A stretch of DNA of 64,000 bases from Octopus vulgaris. Its lineage: Eukaryota. The DNA lies in assembly GCA_951406725.2 (NCBI GenBank), contig OX597819.1, positions 59,954,001 to 60,018,000 of the forward strand, read 5' to 3'. The translations under genes were made by a program, and so were the position numbers. Positions 25,936 through 39,695 of the stretch are shown here, one piece after another (the stretch's first letter is position 1; each line of letters starts with the position of its first letter). A model generated the notes under the pieces. That model saw only the letters and a list, made by a program, of their open reading frames with translations, did not search any database and was not told the origin of the DNA.

Positions 25936-26527
25936 TGACACTCGTGAAGACCTGTTGAGGCAAGTGTGTGACACTTGTGAAGACCTGTTGAGGCAAGTGT
26001 GTGACACTTGTGAAGACCTGTTGAGGCAAGTGAAAATCAAAAAATCAAAATAGATGAACATCAATGGAATTTGTATCTTTGTGGTACCAGTGCCGGTGGC
26101 ACACAGGAAAACCATCCGAACGTGGCCGTAGCCAGTACCGCATCGACTGGCCTCCGTGCTGTGGGCACGTAACAAACACCATCCGATCGTGGCCGTTCGC
26201 CAGCCTCATATGGCACTTGTGTCGGTGGCACATAAAAACACCATCCGAGCGTGGCCGTCTGCCAGCCTCGTCTGGCACCTGTGTCGGTGGCACATAAAAA
26301 ACACCATCTAAGCGTGGCTGTTCGCCAGCCTCGTCTGGCACCTGTGTCGGTGGCACATAAAATCACCCACTACACTCTCGGAGTGGTTGGCGTTAGGAAG
26401 GGCATCCAGCTGTAGAAACACTGCCAGATCTGACTGGCCTGGTGCAGCCTTCGGGCTCCCCAGACCCCAGTTGAACCGTTCAACCTATGCTAGCATGGAA
26501 AGCGGACGTTAAATGATGATGATGATG
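25936..26527 (+). mobile_element. RTE 3' UTR insertion with triplicated 33-bp 5' end and about 5 internal 61-bp units
   Basis: tgacacttgtgaagacctgttgaggcaagtgtg x3, repeated gtgtcggtggcacataaaa units, (GAT)n tail. Confidence 0.9.
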
Positions 26528-28957
26528 TTAATTGTAATGCTGCCGTCAGATTATCTCCCTTCATTTCTGTCACTTCCTTACATTCCTTACATTATTTATA
26601 AAATTTTTCAGCAGTAGTAAGCAATGCAGACATCATTATTAACTTTCGTATTAAAAAAAAAAAAAACAAAAACAAAAAAAAAAACAAAATAAAAAACAAA
26701 CAAACACGCCAGGAAATAACTGTATAAACATGTAGCCCAACTGCTATATTCGTATAATAATTAAAACTTCATTTACATATAGAATGCCTTATAGAAATAT
26801 CTAATTGATTCATGTACTCATCTGGTACTCTAATTTATTAACCCAGAGAGGTAGAAGTTGGTCTTAGTGCAAGGGACTATAGTTTATTGCTGTAGGCATT
26901 TCATTACATTATTGCCAGCTCATGTAATTAATATGTGAATCATACACTTCAAGTTAGTGCTACAACTTTTGCTGCATTTGTTCTGCATCTGTTAATGTTG
27001 TCGCCTGCACACAACTAATATGCAAAAGCGAAACTAAGCTGTTTCCATGTTTATGTGTCTTTATATTTAGACATGTTATCACATGTTAGCATTTATTTGA
27101 TTCATGTCATATTTACTCTGAGCTCTTTATAATTCCAGCCCCTTTTCATAAGTTTTGGCCTTGTATGGTCACTGCTTTGTTATACTATGTTTTAAAGATT
27201 GCATTATAATCTAGTAACTCCGTATTTGTTCTAGCATATTGATTGACATTAAAGGTGATGGACAATGGCTTCAAAACAGCTTTGTCAAGCATGTGTCTCA
27301 ACAGAGCTTGATGAATCATTATTCATAACTTCTCAGATATTAATCGAGTAAACATCATGATCCATTTTATCTTATAAATAATGTATGTTGTCATTCTTCT
27401 GTTGTCTTATAACGTAAACAAAGGTTTCTTTATGCTGTAATTTTGCTGTTTTCCATAGAGTGGTCTTTTAAAGAAGGCATCCGTACCTGTGTATTACATT
27501 TTACATTTAATCCTTTAGCATTTAAACTGGTCATATTCAGCCCAAATATTCTACTTATTTTAGCTTCAAACTGGCCATCTCAAGCCTTTCGCACCTAACC
27601 TACAATGTCATTCTAAAAATGCACAGCTACATCATTGTAATCTAAAAGCTACAAGATAATGAATGATTAATTCAAAACAATGTGAATAAAAAGGCATTAC
27701 ATTAGACAGAGTAATCTGAATGTTAATGGGAACAAAAGTGGTATGCTGGTAGCATCATTAACACACCAGGCAAAATGCTTCTGATTTTACATCCTGAGAT
27801 CAAATTGCACCAAAGGTCGACTTTGCCTTTGTGGTCGATAAAATAAATACCAGTTGAGCAATGGGGGTTGATGTAATCGATTGCCCCCCCCCCCAAAAAA
27901 ATTTTCGAGCCTTGTGCCTACTATAGAAAGAATATTTAAAGGAAGATAGTTTTAAGTTTTCACATCTGCATTGATTTAAACCTGTTCAGAGATTGTTTTA
28001 TGCAAAATCAAGGTGTAGGTGTGACTGTATGGTTATAGGAGACACTTGCCACATTGTGGGGCTGGAGGTTGCCATGCAGTGGAACTGAACCTGAAAACAT
28101 GCTTGCTCCTATAATGTGTGTGTGTTTGTTTGTCTACAGTTGTGTAGATTAAACACTCAGCTAAAGGCTGTGATGTTGTTGTCATTTCCCCTCACATGTG
28201 TTTGCTTACTGGCTTTGTACTCTTCAAAGATATGGAATAAGATATCCCTTATTTGAGAAACATATAAGGGTTAGTGACAGGCAGGACATCCAACTATAAT
28301 CTAAGTCGTCCCTCAGGACGCCCCTCCAACTATAAAACAACATCTCAATAATATATTCATCTAACCCATGCTAACATGGAAAAAAGGACATAAAAACTCA
28401 ACAAATTTTGTTAGATGGAATATAATGCTAAGTGGCTGTTATATCTTTCACTAATTATTTTCTTACTGGTTTTAGTCATTTTCAAGTACTTTGTTTGTGC
28501 TCTTATTTCATTATCCTCATAAGACATGAAATATAAGTGGACATTAACATAAAGACAGATAATTCAGTTGGACTTATATACTGCAGGCTTTTCTGTTGGG
28601 ATGTACTGGCTCTTGTCCTATGCTGTAAAAAGACAAATGTGTCTTTTCTATTGCTAGACTCCTGTACCTCTATTACACTTTAACCTCTCATCATTTGCAC
28701 AAAGCCACTTCCATCAATACTATTACCCTACTCACTTGAGGGGTTTTGTCTTTTGGTGACCTCACTAGTGCTGGTGCCGTGAAAAAAAAAACCCCAGTAC
28801 ACTTTGTAAAGTTGTAGGAATTAGGAAGTGCATCCATCCATAGAATTCATACCAAAGCTAACATATGAGCTCAATTGAGTTCTCTGGCTTATCAGCTTTC
28901 ATTGTACCATCCAAGCATAGAAAACCTGTTAAATGGTGGTGGTGGTGATGATGATGC

Positions 28958-29944
28958 ACCTGGTGCAAGCCATAAGAGGTGCAGCAATATCACAGGAATG
29001 TTAACTGGGAAAATAGTCTTTGTATGTGGCAGATGTACAGGTTCGATAAACACTAGAAATGTACAGAAAATAGACTCTATCAAGTGCCAGTGGGGATACC
29101 TGGGAGTAGTCAATAACTTCTGTTATCCAGATGACCAAAGTCAGCAGTGGAAGAGCATAGCTGCTAGAATAAGAATAGGCTGGGCAAAGTCCAGGGAGCT
29201 TCTGCCTTTGTTGGTAACAAAGGGCCTCTTTCTTAGAGTGAAAGGCAGATTGTATGATGCCTGTATGTGAACGGCCATGCTACACTGCAGTAAAACATGG
29301 GCTGTGACTGTAGAGGACATGTGAAGGCTTGAAAGAAATGAGGCTAGTATGTTTCACTGGATGTGCATTATCAGTGTGCATGTATGACAGTGTAAGCATC
29401 TTGAGAGAAAAGTTGGGCATAAGAGGCATCAGATGTGTTGTGCAAGAGAGATGACTGTGCTGGTATGGTCATGTGATGCGTATGGATGAGGACAGCTGTG
29501 TAAAAAAAAGTTCTGATCTCTAACTGGAGGGAACCTGTGGAAGAGATAGACACAGAAAGACATGGAATGTGATGAAGCAGGATCTTTGAAAGTTGGATCT
29601 CATGGAGGCAATGACAAGTGATGAAGACCTTTGGTGATTTGTTGTGTTTGAGAAGACTTGTCAAGTGAAATCGTAGTTGTGGCCAGTGCCAGTGACATAT
29701 AGAAGCACCTGTGCCGGTGACACATACCAGCACCTGTGTTGGTGACATGTAAAAGCACTCATGCCAATGACACAGCAAAGGCACCCACTACACTCTTGGA
29801 GTGGCTAGCATTAGGAAGGGCATCCAGCCATAGAAACCAAGCCAAAATCAGACTAGCCCCTGGTACAGCTCTCGGGCATATCAGTTCCAGTCAAACCATC
29901 TAACCCATGCCAGCATGGAAAGTGGTTGCTAAATGATGATGATA
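28958..29944 (+). mobile_element. Degenerate RTE LINE 3' fragment
   Basis: HKRCSNITGMLTGKIVFVCGRC...RELLPLLVTKGLFLRVKGRLYDAC, homologous to the 56173-57174 ORF. Confidence 0.92.
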
Positions 29945-31306
29945 CATGTAATAAAAATTTCAATATTGTTTCCATCTACCAAATTTCACTCCACAAGTAT
30001 TGGTCAACATAAGGCTAAAGACAGTTAAAGTTAAGGTTTTGATTCCACTGCATTGCACTTTAGGAAAATGCTCCATAATGCAATAAAGCACAGGACTTTG
30101 ATTGTTAAAGAAATATTTTCAGTAGACAGCCATAGTTTAGTATTTCTTACTTGGACTACTTTTTGATGAAATTACACATTTGAGAAGTATTTGATATACA
30201 TCTCTGATTATGACATTGAATAAATACAGTAATAATATACTTGAAATGGGGAAACTGTTGCCAATACTTTATCTGCTATTGAGATGGGATTTATGTTGAC
30301 ACAAAAGTCATGTGAGATCTCCTTTTGTTTCTTTGTCATTCATCTTCAACTTACACAACAATGGTTTTTGTGTTCGTTTTATTTATATTGCAGTGACATG
30401 CAATATATGTTGAAGTATCTGCAGAAACACTAGCTCATTCTTTAAGATTTATTTTGAAATGCCACTATGTGTAATAAAAAATCATTTATTTAAATTCTTG
30501 TATTTATAAAGCTTTGTGAATGGATTTGATAGACAGAAATGCAAAGCCTAGTGCGAGTGTGTGTGAGTGAGTGAGTGTGTGTGTGTGTGTGCGTGTTCAT
30601 CCCTCCCTCCTTGTCTTGATATCATGTGCTAGTTATCAAGAAATGTTGCTGTCATACAAGTGGTGCCCCTCATTTTCAGTCTTTTGTGAAAACATGTCCA
30701 GCCATAAGAAAATATTGAGCCTTGGTGATCAGAAGGGCTTATGACTAGAAAATCTGCCTCACTGAATTCTGTTTGATCTATGCAAGCATTAGTGAAGTGC
30801 ACTTTAAATTGCTCTATAGCAAGGTTTTCCAATCTGGAGTGACTGCATTCCAAAGGGTACAGGATAGCATTTCAGTGTTTTCACAAAGCGAGAAAATATG
30901 TACTTTATTTAAATCACTTTTCAGAATAAAACTATTAAAAGTTCATGATACATCATTAATTTTACTGCTTACTATTTTTTCTAATGGCTCAGTTTACATT
31001 TGCATTTTATGCAAATTTTTATGCTTATTTTTCTAGTTCTTTTTCTTTACCCCCTTACTACAGTATGTTGTTATACTCTTTTACTTGTTTCAGTCATTTG
31101 ACTGTGGCCAGGCTGGAGCACCGCCTTTAGTTGAGCAAATCGACCCCAGGACTTATTCTTTCTAAGCCTAGTACTTATTCTATTGGTCACTTTTGTTGAA
31201 CCGCTAGGTTACGGGGATGTAACACACCAGCATCAGTTGTTAAGCGATGTTAGGGGGAGACAAACAGACACAAATGTATACACACACACACATATATATA
31301 TATATA

Positions 31307-32347
31307 TCATCATCATCATCATTTAGCGTCCGTTCTCCATGCTAGCATGGGTTGGACGGTTCAACTGGGGTCTGTGAAGCTGGAAGGCTTCATCAGGCCC
31401 AGTCAGATCTGGCAGTGTTTCTACGGCTGGATGCCCTTCCTAACGCCAACCACTCCGTGAGTGTAGTGGGTGCTTTTTACGTGCCACCTGCACAGGTGCC
31501 AGACAGAGCTGGCAAACGGCCACGAACGGATGGTGCTTTTACGTGTCACCGGCACGGGGCCAGGCGAGGCTGGCAACGGACACGAACGGATGGTGCTTTT
31601 ACGTGCCACCGACACGGGGGCCAGACAGGGCTGGCAAACGGCCATGAACGGATGGTGCTTTTACGTGTCACCGGCATGGGGGCCAGGCGAGGCTGGCAAC
31701 GGACACGAACGGATGGTGCTTTTACATGTCACCGACATGGGGGCCAGACAGGGCTGGCAAACGGACACGAACGGATGGTGCTTTTACATGTCACCTGCAC
31801 AGGTGCCAGACAGAGCTGGCAAACGGCCACGAACGGATGGTGCTTTTACGTGTCACCGGCACGGGGGCCAGACAGAGCTGGCAAACGGCCACGAACGGAT
31901 GGTGCTTTTACGTGTCACCGGCACGGGGGCCAGACAGAGCTGGCAAACGGCCACAAACGGATGGTGCTTTTACGTGTCACCGGCACGGGGGCCAAGCCAG
32001 GCTGGCAACGAACACGAACGGATGGTGCTTTTACGTGCCACCTACACGGGGGCCAGACAGGGCTGGCGAACGGCTACGAACGGATGGTACTTTTACATGT
32101 CACCTGCACGGGGGCCCTGATGTTGATCGACCTCAATTTGGTTTGATCTTGATTTTGACTGTTCTCACTGGTCTTGCCGGGTTTTCTCACGCACAGCATA
32201 CCTCCAAAGGTCTCGGTCACTGGTCATTTCCTTGGTGAGACCTAAAGTTCGAAGGTCGTGCTTCACCGCCTCGACCCAGGTATTCCTGGGTCTACCTCTT
32301 CCACAGGTCCCCTCAACTGCCAGGGTGTGGCACTTTCGCACACAACT
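31307..32347 (-). mobile_element. RTE 3' fragment with expanded 3' UTR array
   Basis: (CAT)n tail, 3' UTR and ORF end (reverse complement of the LAVEGTCGRGRPRNTW coding region). Confidence 0.92.
31469..32116. repeat. Tandem array of about 61 bp, 11 units
   Basis: gaacggatggtgcttttacgtgtcaccggcacggggg recurs every 60-62 bp. Confidence 0.95.
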
Positions 32348-32817
32348 ATCTATATATATATATACAACGGGCTTCTTTCAGTTTCCGTCTACCAAATCCA
32401 CTCACAAGGCTTTGGTCAGCCTGTGGCTATAGTAGAAGACATTTGCCCAAGGTGCTACACAGTGGGACTGAACCCGGAACCATGTGTTCGATAAGCAAGC
32501 TACTTACCACACAGCCACTCTTAAGCCTATATATATGCTTATATTAAAACATAAAAAAAAAATGCTAGTTATTAGAAAAAGAACATTTTTTATTTTTATA
32601 TGTGATATTACTTTTGTAGGTGGGTTGGTGGGTATGAAAATTAATCAGACATTTTGTAAGGGTTCAGGGCATAGGAGAGGTTAGGAGTCACTGTTCTATA
32701 GGCACATTACCACTTTCTGATTATAACTCAATTACCCTTCTTTGTAATTTACTGTATATTTATAGCTACTCTTTAAATTATAAAAGAACATGCATTTGTG
32801 CATATTTATTTACACAT

Positions 32818-33695
32818 ACCAGGGAGAGAAACTAGAAGTAGTTGATAGTTTCCACTACATAGGTGACCAAGTCTGTAATGTGGGTGGATGCTCTGAGAGC
32901 GCAGCCGCTAAAATAAGAATATCCTGGACAAAGTTCAGAGAGCTCCTACCTCTGCTGGTAACAAAGGGCCTCTCGCTCAGAGTGAAAGGTAGACTGTATG
33001 AAGCATGTGTGCGAACAGCCATGCTACATGGCAGTGAAACATGGGCCCTGACTGCCGAGGCTTGAAAGAACTGAAGCTAGTATGATCTGCTGGATATGTA
33101 ATGTCAGTGTGCATATACAACAGAGTGTAAGTGCCCTGAGAGAGAAGTTGGACATAAGAAGCATCAGATGTGGTGTGCAAGAGAGATGACTGCGCTAGTA
33201 TGGTCATGTACTACATACGGATGAGAAGAACTGTGTGAAGAAGTGTCATACCCTAACAGTGGAAGGAACCTGTGGAAGTGGTAGATCCAGGAAGACATGG
33301 GATGAGGTGGTGTAGCACAACCTTTGAACATTAGGCCTCACAGAGGCAATGACAAGAGACCAAGACCTTTGGAGATATGCTGTGCTTGAGAAGACCTGCT
33401 GAGTCGAGTGAAATTGTAGTTGTGGCTGATGCCAGTGCCACCTGACTGGCACTGGTGCTGGTAGCACGTAAAAAGCACTGTCCAAATGTGGTGGATGCCA
33501 GTGTTGCTTGACTGGCTCCTGTACCGATGGCATGTAAAAAGTATCCACTATACTCTCAGAATGGTTGGCATTAGGAAGGGCATCCAGCTGTAGAAACCTT
33601 GCCAGAGCAAATTGGAGCCTGGTGCAGCCTACAGGCTTGCCAGTCCTCAGTCAAACTGTCCAACGGATGTTAAATGGCGCTGCTGCTGCTGATGA
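32818..33695 (+). mobile_element. RTE LINE 3' fragment
   Basis: QGEKLEVVDSFHYIGDQV...KFRELLPLLVTKGLSLRVKGRLYEACVRTAMLHGSETWA followed by 3' UTR. Confidence 0.93.
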
Positions 33696-34225
33696 TCTCA
33701 CTTACCTGTTATTGTTATACAGTGTTTCTCTTCTTTGTGCCTCAGAACTTGTAAGGTTGGCTACCCAGTTTCCATGGCATATAAGTAATGGAGATCACAA
33801 TATTTCCTTAAACAAGATTCTGGTCCATCGTAGCATTCAAGGCCAGCAACTTGAAGGGGAAGGGGCAAGTCGGTTACATTAACCCCAGTACTTGACTGGT
33901 ACTTCATTTCATCTGTCCAAGAAGGATGAAAGGCAAAGTTGACCTCAGTGGGAACACAATGCTGGGCCTCACTGAGGAAATGACTAGGAATCGGGAGTTG
34001 TGAATTGCTGTACATGAAAAGATGCATCAAGAAAAGTAAAATCGTTGTCATCCATACATAGAAGCTTGTTCTTTAGATGTGCCGGTCTTATATAAAATGC
34101 ACTTGTGTGCACTGGCAGTTGCATGAACACACCTATGCTGGTGGCACATAAAAAGCACCCAGCACACTCTGTAAAGTTGTTGGCATTAGGAAAGGCATCC
34201 AGTTATAGAAACCATTCCACAACAA

Positions 34226-34479
34226 GATGTTGATTCTACAACATCTAGGGTGGCGAGCTGGCAGAAACATTAGCATACCAGGCGAAATGCTTAGTAGTAT
34301 TTCGTCTGCCATTACATTCTGAGTTCAAATTCTGCTGGGGTTGACTTTGCCTTTCATCCTTTTGGGGTCGATAAATTAAGTACCAGATATTCACTGGGGT
34401 CAATCTAATTGACTTAATCCCTTTGTCAGTGCTTGTTTGTCCCCTCTGTGTTTAGCCCCTTGTGGGCAATAAAGAAATA
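34226..34479 (+). mobile_element. Full-length S2 SINE with 19-bp TSD
   Basis: gggtggcgagctggcagaaac...gtgggcaataaagaaata; TSD agaaaccattccacaacaa at 34207-34225 and 34480-34498. Confidence 0.92.
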
Positions 34480-36135
34480 AGAAACCATTCCACAACAAAC
34501 AATTTGGTATCTGAACAGCTCCCCAGCAGGCCAGCTCCTGTCAAACTGTCCAACCCATGCCAACATGGAAAACAAGCATTAAACGATGATGATTTTGAAC
34601 AGGTATTCTTAGTAATATGTTCTTATTTAATAACTATAATATTTAAACATCATATGTAATTATTATTATTGTCATTGTCTTCGTCATCATCAACCTCAGT
34701 TTTTAACTTCATTATTTTTCAACGAGGCCATGACAAATTCTAAAACACTTCATCTATGACTGTTATCAACACTATCTCAGCAAGCAGATATTTGTACACG
34801 GTGCCTTTTAATAAGAGACTTTGCAATATCAAGCGACAATCACAAGTTCTTGACATACTTTCCACAACTGCTTAAGATACTTACTATTGTAGGTTTGCAA
34901 TTCATAACCAGTAAATATGTTTGTTTAGTAGGACTTTGAACTGAACATACTAAGCCACAAACTCTGTCTCTATTGAACTAATTTTTACTTGTTTATAGGG
35001 TTTGAATAAAAATATATTTTTTAGTTGTTTAACCCAAATGAAACAGTTAGGAATAACCCTTTGGCATTCAGTTAATTCTGTTAAACTTATTTATTCTTAT
35101 TGTTTCAAATTAATCCTTATTCTTAGTGACATTGTAGAGTAGGTGTGAGAGGTGGGATCTGGCTAGTTTGAATATCAAACAGGTAGAATATTTAGGTTTG
35201 ATATAATTGGTTTAACTGCTAAAGGATTCAGAGTATTCCATCTGTGTCAATCCTGTCTTTTTCCTTGGCACAGTAAACTCAGGTCCATATTATCCAGCAT
35301 GTCCTGCTTTTCTAAGATGGTAGGGTTTGACCTGAGGGAAATTTGGCTGCTATTTCTTGCAGACAGAAGGAAGAAACTTCTACATTTACTCAGAGCAACA
35401 ATGTAAAGACTTGTTCATTGACTGAAATGAACATGCAGTGGTGTGGATCAACCAAGTTGGTTGGCTTGTAATCACCACATCAGAGGTTCACTTGGAGTGA
35501 CCATACTGAAGTTGGCAAGGGGCAATCACACAGGGTTTCTCTTTGACTTTTGAGATCTTGTGATCCTATGCAGTTTCTGATTGGCCAAGTGAAGGGTGGG
35601 GAAAGTAGATGAATTATATTAATTGGCCTCCTGATACTGCAGCATCCATGGCGCCCATCTTAAGATAACACTTGCTAAAACATACAGCATGTCTCAAGTG
35701 TCTATATCTGCTGAGAGCCCAGTATACACAGTGTCAATGGCCATCATGTATACCAGCTTCACACAAGCAATTCTTCTTGGCTGAATTCTTATATTTTTTT
35801 TTCCTTATTTTTTGTTTTTTTTCTTCTCTCTTTCCACTGGATATCCTATGCCAAGGAAGAACAATATCACATTCACTCTTTCCATTTCACCGAGTGTCAG
35901 ACTAATAAATTTGACTACAAACTTCACCTGTCTTCTTTTTATTTTGTTCTTTGGCATGTAGTCATTGCAAGTCCATGGACTTCTTTCTACATTTATCAAG
36001 TCAAAATGGGCACTTATTGGAATACCTTATTTCTTGGAGTGCCACAGACCTGGATTACTGTATCCTGGTACTTAGGATTATGAAATTGGGCTACCCAGTT
36101 GGATTATGTCAGATCTTTGTGTGTGTCTGTGTCTG

Positions 36136-36191
<56 letters not shown>

Positions 36192-38028
36192 AACACACAC
36201 ACACATGCGCGCGCGACAAAATAATGGAAACACCTTAAAATTTCAAACAAATTTATTTTAATATGGGGTTGGACTGCTTTTGGCAGTAATTACAGCTTGG
36301 ATTCCATGCGGTATGGACTCGTACAGGTTGGGTAATCATGTATTTCCCTTGTGGCAGTGCACCTGTTTCTATCTTCATTCCTGATATTTAGTAGAAGGCA
36401 CTTGCCCAGTGTTCCATACAATGGGACTGAACCCAAGACCACATTGTTGGGCAGTATGCTTCTTAACCTCAGAGCCACACCTGTGAATATGTACATAAAT
36501 ATATCTATGTATATTTACCAAACATATATTATGAAGGATATATATATATATATATATGTGTGTGTACATTTATTTATATATATATATATGTTTGTGTATA
36601 CATGTTTGAGTGTGCATGCTTATGTATATATATTTTATGTACATGCACACAAATACACATGCACATGCAGTTTTGCATGGATATCTGGAAATGTGAATGC
36701 GCAGATGCACTAAAACTTCATAGGTGTTTTAACAGTCGTTCCTGCCTTTTTAAAAAGTGTTCTCTCAGTAACCATTTTGTTTTTTTAAGCATTCAAACTA
36801 TAAACCTGTTTTAGTAAACATTTTGCATTGCAAATATGATCATCTTATCTCATTTTCTAATATCTCCTGTATCATCCCTTACCATATTTTCTTTTAATGA
36901 AAACATTGAATAATGTATAGCAAATACACTGTCTGATTGGTAGGAAGATATTGGCTTAATAAAGATAAGACAAGGTGATCAGGTTTGGAAGGTAGGATGG
37001 TCACATTTGGAACGGTTTTAAAAAAATGACTGTTGAAATTCTTTGAAATCTTTGTCACAGCTGTAATGCTTTCAGGGACAAAGAACATTTTAAAAAGGCA
37101 CAATGGTCACGCTTGGAATACTTTTTAAAGAAAAGGGGTGACTTTGAACGACATGTTTTTTTGCACATCTGTGCATTTCTGCATGCTCACACTCCCACAT
37201 ACTTACATACCTCCCCTTCCCCACTTAACGCATGCAGATGTGAATCAGTTGTGTTATTTCCTATTTTGAAAATGTTTTTATTTCACACACCAGACTACAG
37301 GATACGGTTATACTCATATATTTAAATGTGAAAGAAATAGAAACGACAGCAAAGAAATACTTTTCAGAGCGCCGAAATTATGTACCAGTAAAAATCCAAA
37401 ACACCTACAAATATAGGAAACATGAATTACGTGAGTTCAGATTGAGACTTGTGTTATATTTCTTAATTTGGGTTAAAATATGAAAACTTTTTTAAACTTT
37501 TTTTTTGTTGTTTATTGCAGTTGATTTTTTTTTTTTTTTGTGTGTTACATTATTTGTTGTATTGCATTTTAATTCATTTTTCAGACTTGTAACATTATCA
37601 ATCTCAGAGATTCTTAATTTACAAAATCACTTGTCATTTGAAGAAATTACATGTTGAAAATGTTCTTCAGTTTATATATGTGTACCCCCCACACACACAA
37701 AAAAAAGACTGTCACTTGCAAGTGACTATGATTTTGTGACATGTATATGCATATATGTGTGTATCTATCTGTCTGTCTGTGTATGTATGTATGTTTGACT
37801 ATGTATGTTTGTATGTGTGTGTGTGTGTGTATATGTATATATATATATATGCATGTATGTGTATATAGTAGAATAGGAAATAGTCCTTGGATCGAAATGG
37901 CTTTTTCTGATAATTTTTCCACTTTAATAATTAAATGTTCATAAGTTACCTAATATCTTATAAACCTCTAATTACTACAGTGAAAACATTATCAGAAAAG
38001 CCATTTCTGTTTTTTTTTTTTTTCACAT

Positions 38029-38095
<67 letters not shown>

Positions 38096-38549
38096 CTGTC
38101 CCAAAAAATGTATACATACATTAATTAATTACGTTGTCAGTGTTTATTAAAATATATTTCAGTTCCAAAATTTCACTCTATAGACAGGATTTAATTTTTC
38201 TTACGAATGCCTGTTTTCAAAGTGATGACTGTTCTAGTTCAGGTTCTGCTGATAACATGAAGAAGTGGAATTGTAAACATGAAGAGACATTTTGTTTAGA
38301 ATTTGAGCACGTTTTCATTAAATGGCCTCCCTCAGTTTGTTGACCATTGCCAGTTTTGTACTATAAATACTATTTTGAGTATCCCCATAAAAAAAAGAAG
38401 TCTGGTGGTGTGAGGCCTGGTGAATACATATTGCATATATACATATGTATATTTGTATGCAATGATGACGATGATCTGTATGTATATATTTTATGCATGC
38501 CTCTGTGTGCATATATATATCTATACACACACACACACACACATATATA

Positions 38550-39092
38550 CAGGGTATAATAGGTAAATTGTTGCCATTTTATATTTTTTTTAATATTTCA
38601 CACATGCGCATTGTTTGTTTCTGATTTTATCGGCTACACAGTATAGTAGGGTCAGTTGGGCACCATCTGTGAGAAAAAGAGCACCATGACATAATTCACT
38701 CTGCCAGAAATTTGGAAACAGCATGTAGTACTTATTCTATCAGTCTCTTTTGCCGAACCACTAAGTTTTGGGGACGTAAACACACCAGCATCGGTTGTCA
38801 AGCGATGTTGGGGGGGGGGGACACAGACACACAAACATATATACACACATACATATATATATATATCTACATATATACGACGGGCTTCTTTCAGTTTCTG
38901 TCTACCAAATCCACACACAAGGCTTTGGTCAGCCCGAGGCTATAGTAGAAGACACTTGCCCAAGGTGCCATGCAGTGGGACTGAACCCAGAACCATGTTG
39001 TTGGTAAGCAAGCTACTTACCACACAGCCACTCTTTAGTATTTCAAGATCATTTTATGTAATTTTGGTAGACGATAGTTTATTCAATGCACC

Positions 39093-39095
<3 letters not shown>
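38550..39095. mobile_element. Tc1/mariner-type MITE interrupted by an S1 SINE (38727-39032, minus strand)
   Basis: ta-cagggtataataggtaaattg ... tttattcaatgcaccctg-ta imperfect TIRs; S1 sequence inside. Confidence 0.6.
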
Positions 39096-39129
<34 letters not shown>

Positions 39130-39695
39130 CATACACACACATTCTGTGTGGGCCAAAAGTCCTACACAAAATAAGTTCAGTACACTTTGGAATTTTCGAA
39201 GACCTGTTTCCATTCTAAAATTGAATAAAATAGATAAAATAATCCTGAATACACATATACTTGTACATGATGAGCACAATGAATGAATGAATGAATGAAT
39301 GAATAATAATAATAATAATAACACAAATATGTCAGACGTTTTGGTGCATGACTTCTGGTCCACCTTGTGTGCTTGTGTGTCGTCTTGACATTGCAATGAT
39401 TATTATAAATGAATGCCATTCTCTTCCAGTATTCTCTGAAAACATATATAGCTATGGAGAAATATTACCTTGCTTAGAAACAGGTGAAGGTTGGTGATAG
39501 GAAAAGTATCCAGCTGTAGAAAATCTGTTGCAATGAAATTTATTCGGCCCATGCAAGCATGGAAAATAGACAGTAAAAGAATGTGTGTGTGTTTAGGCAT
39601 ATATACAATAAATGCTTACAATCAATGTTTTGAATTTTAAATTGTTTGGAATCAAATTTTGAAATGCTTTAACTTAAATCCTGTTTATTCCAGAC

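Larger units (their letters stand above)
31076..32528 (-). mobile_element. S1 SINE with an RTE fragment in its central microsatellite
   Basis: S1 tail 31076-31270 and head 32365-32528 flank the RTE piece. Confidence 0.85.
30820..32693. mobile_element. Old hAT element split by an S1 SINE and an RTE fragment
   Basis: Diverged TIRs caaggttttccaatct / aggttaggagtcactg; TSD ctctatag / ttctatag. Confidence 0.6.

Noticed and set aside
31469-32116. CRISPR-like repeat-spacer array, or the 264/216/170-aa repetitive proteins
   Set aside because: The 'spacers' are near-identical, there are no cas genes and the context is eukaryotic. It is a tandem expansion in a LINE 3' UTR, and the ORFs are by-products.
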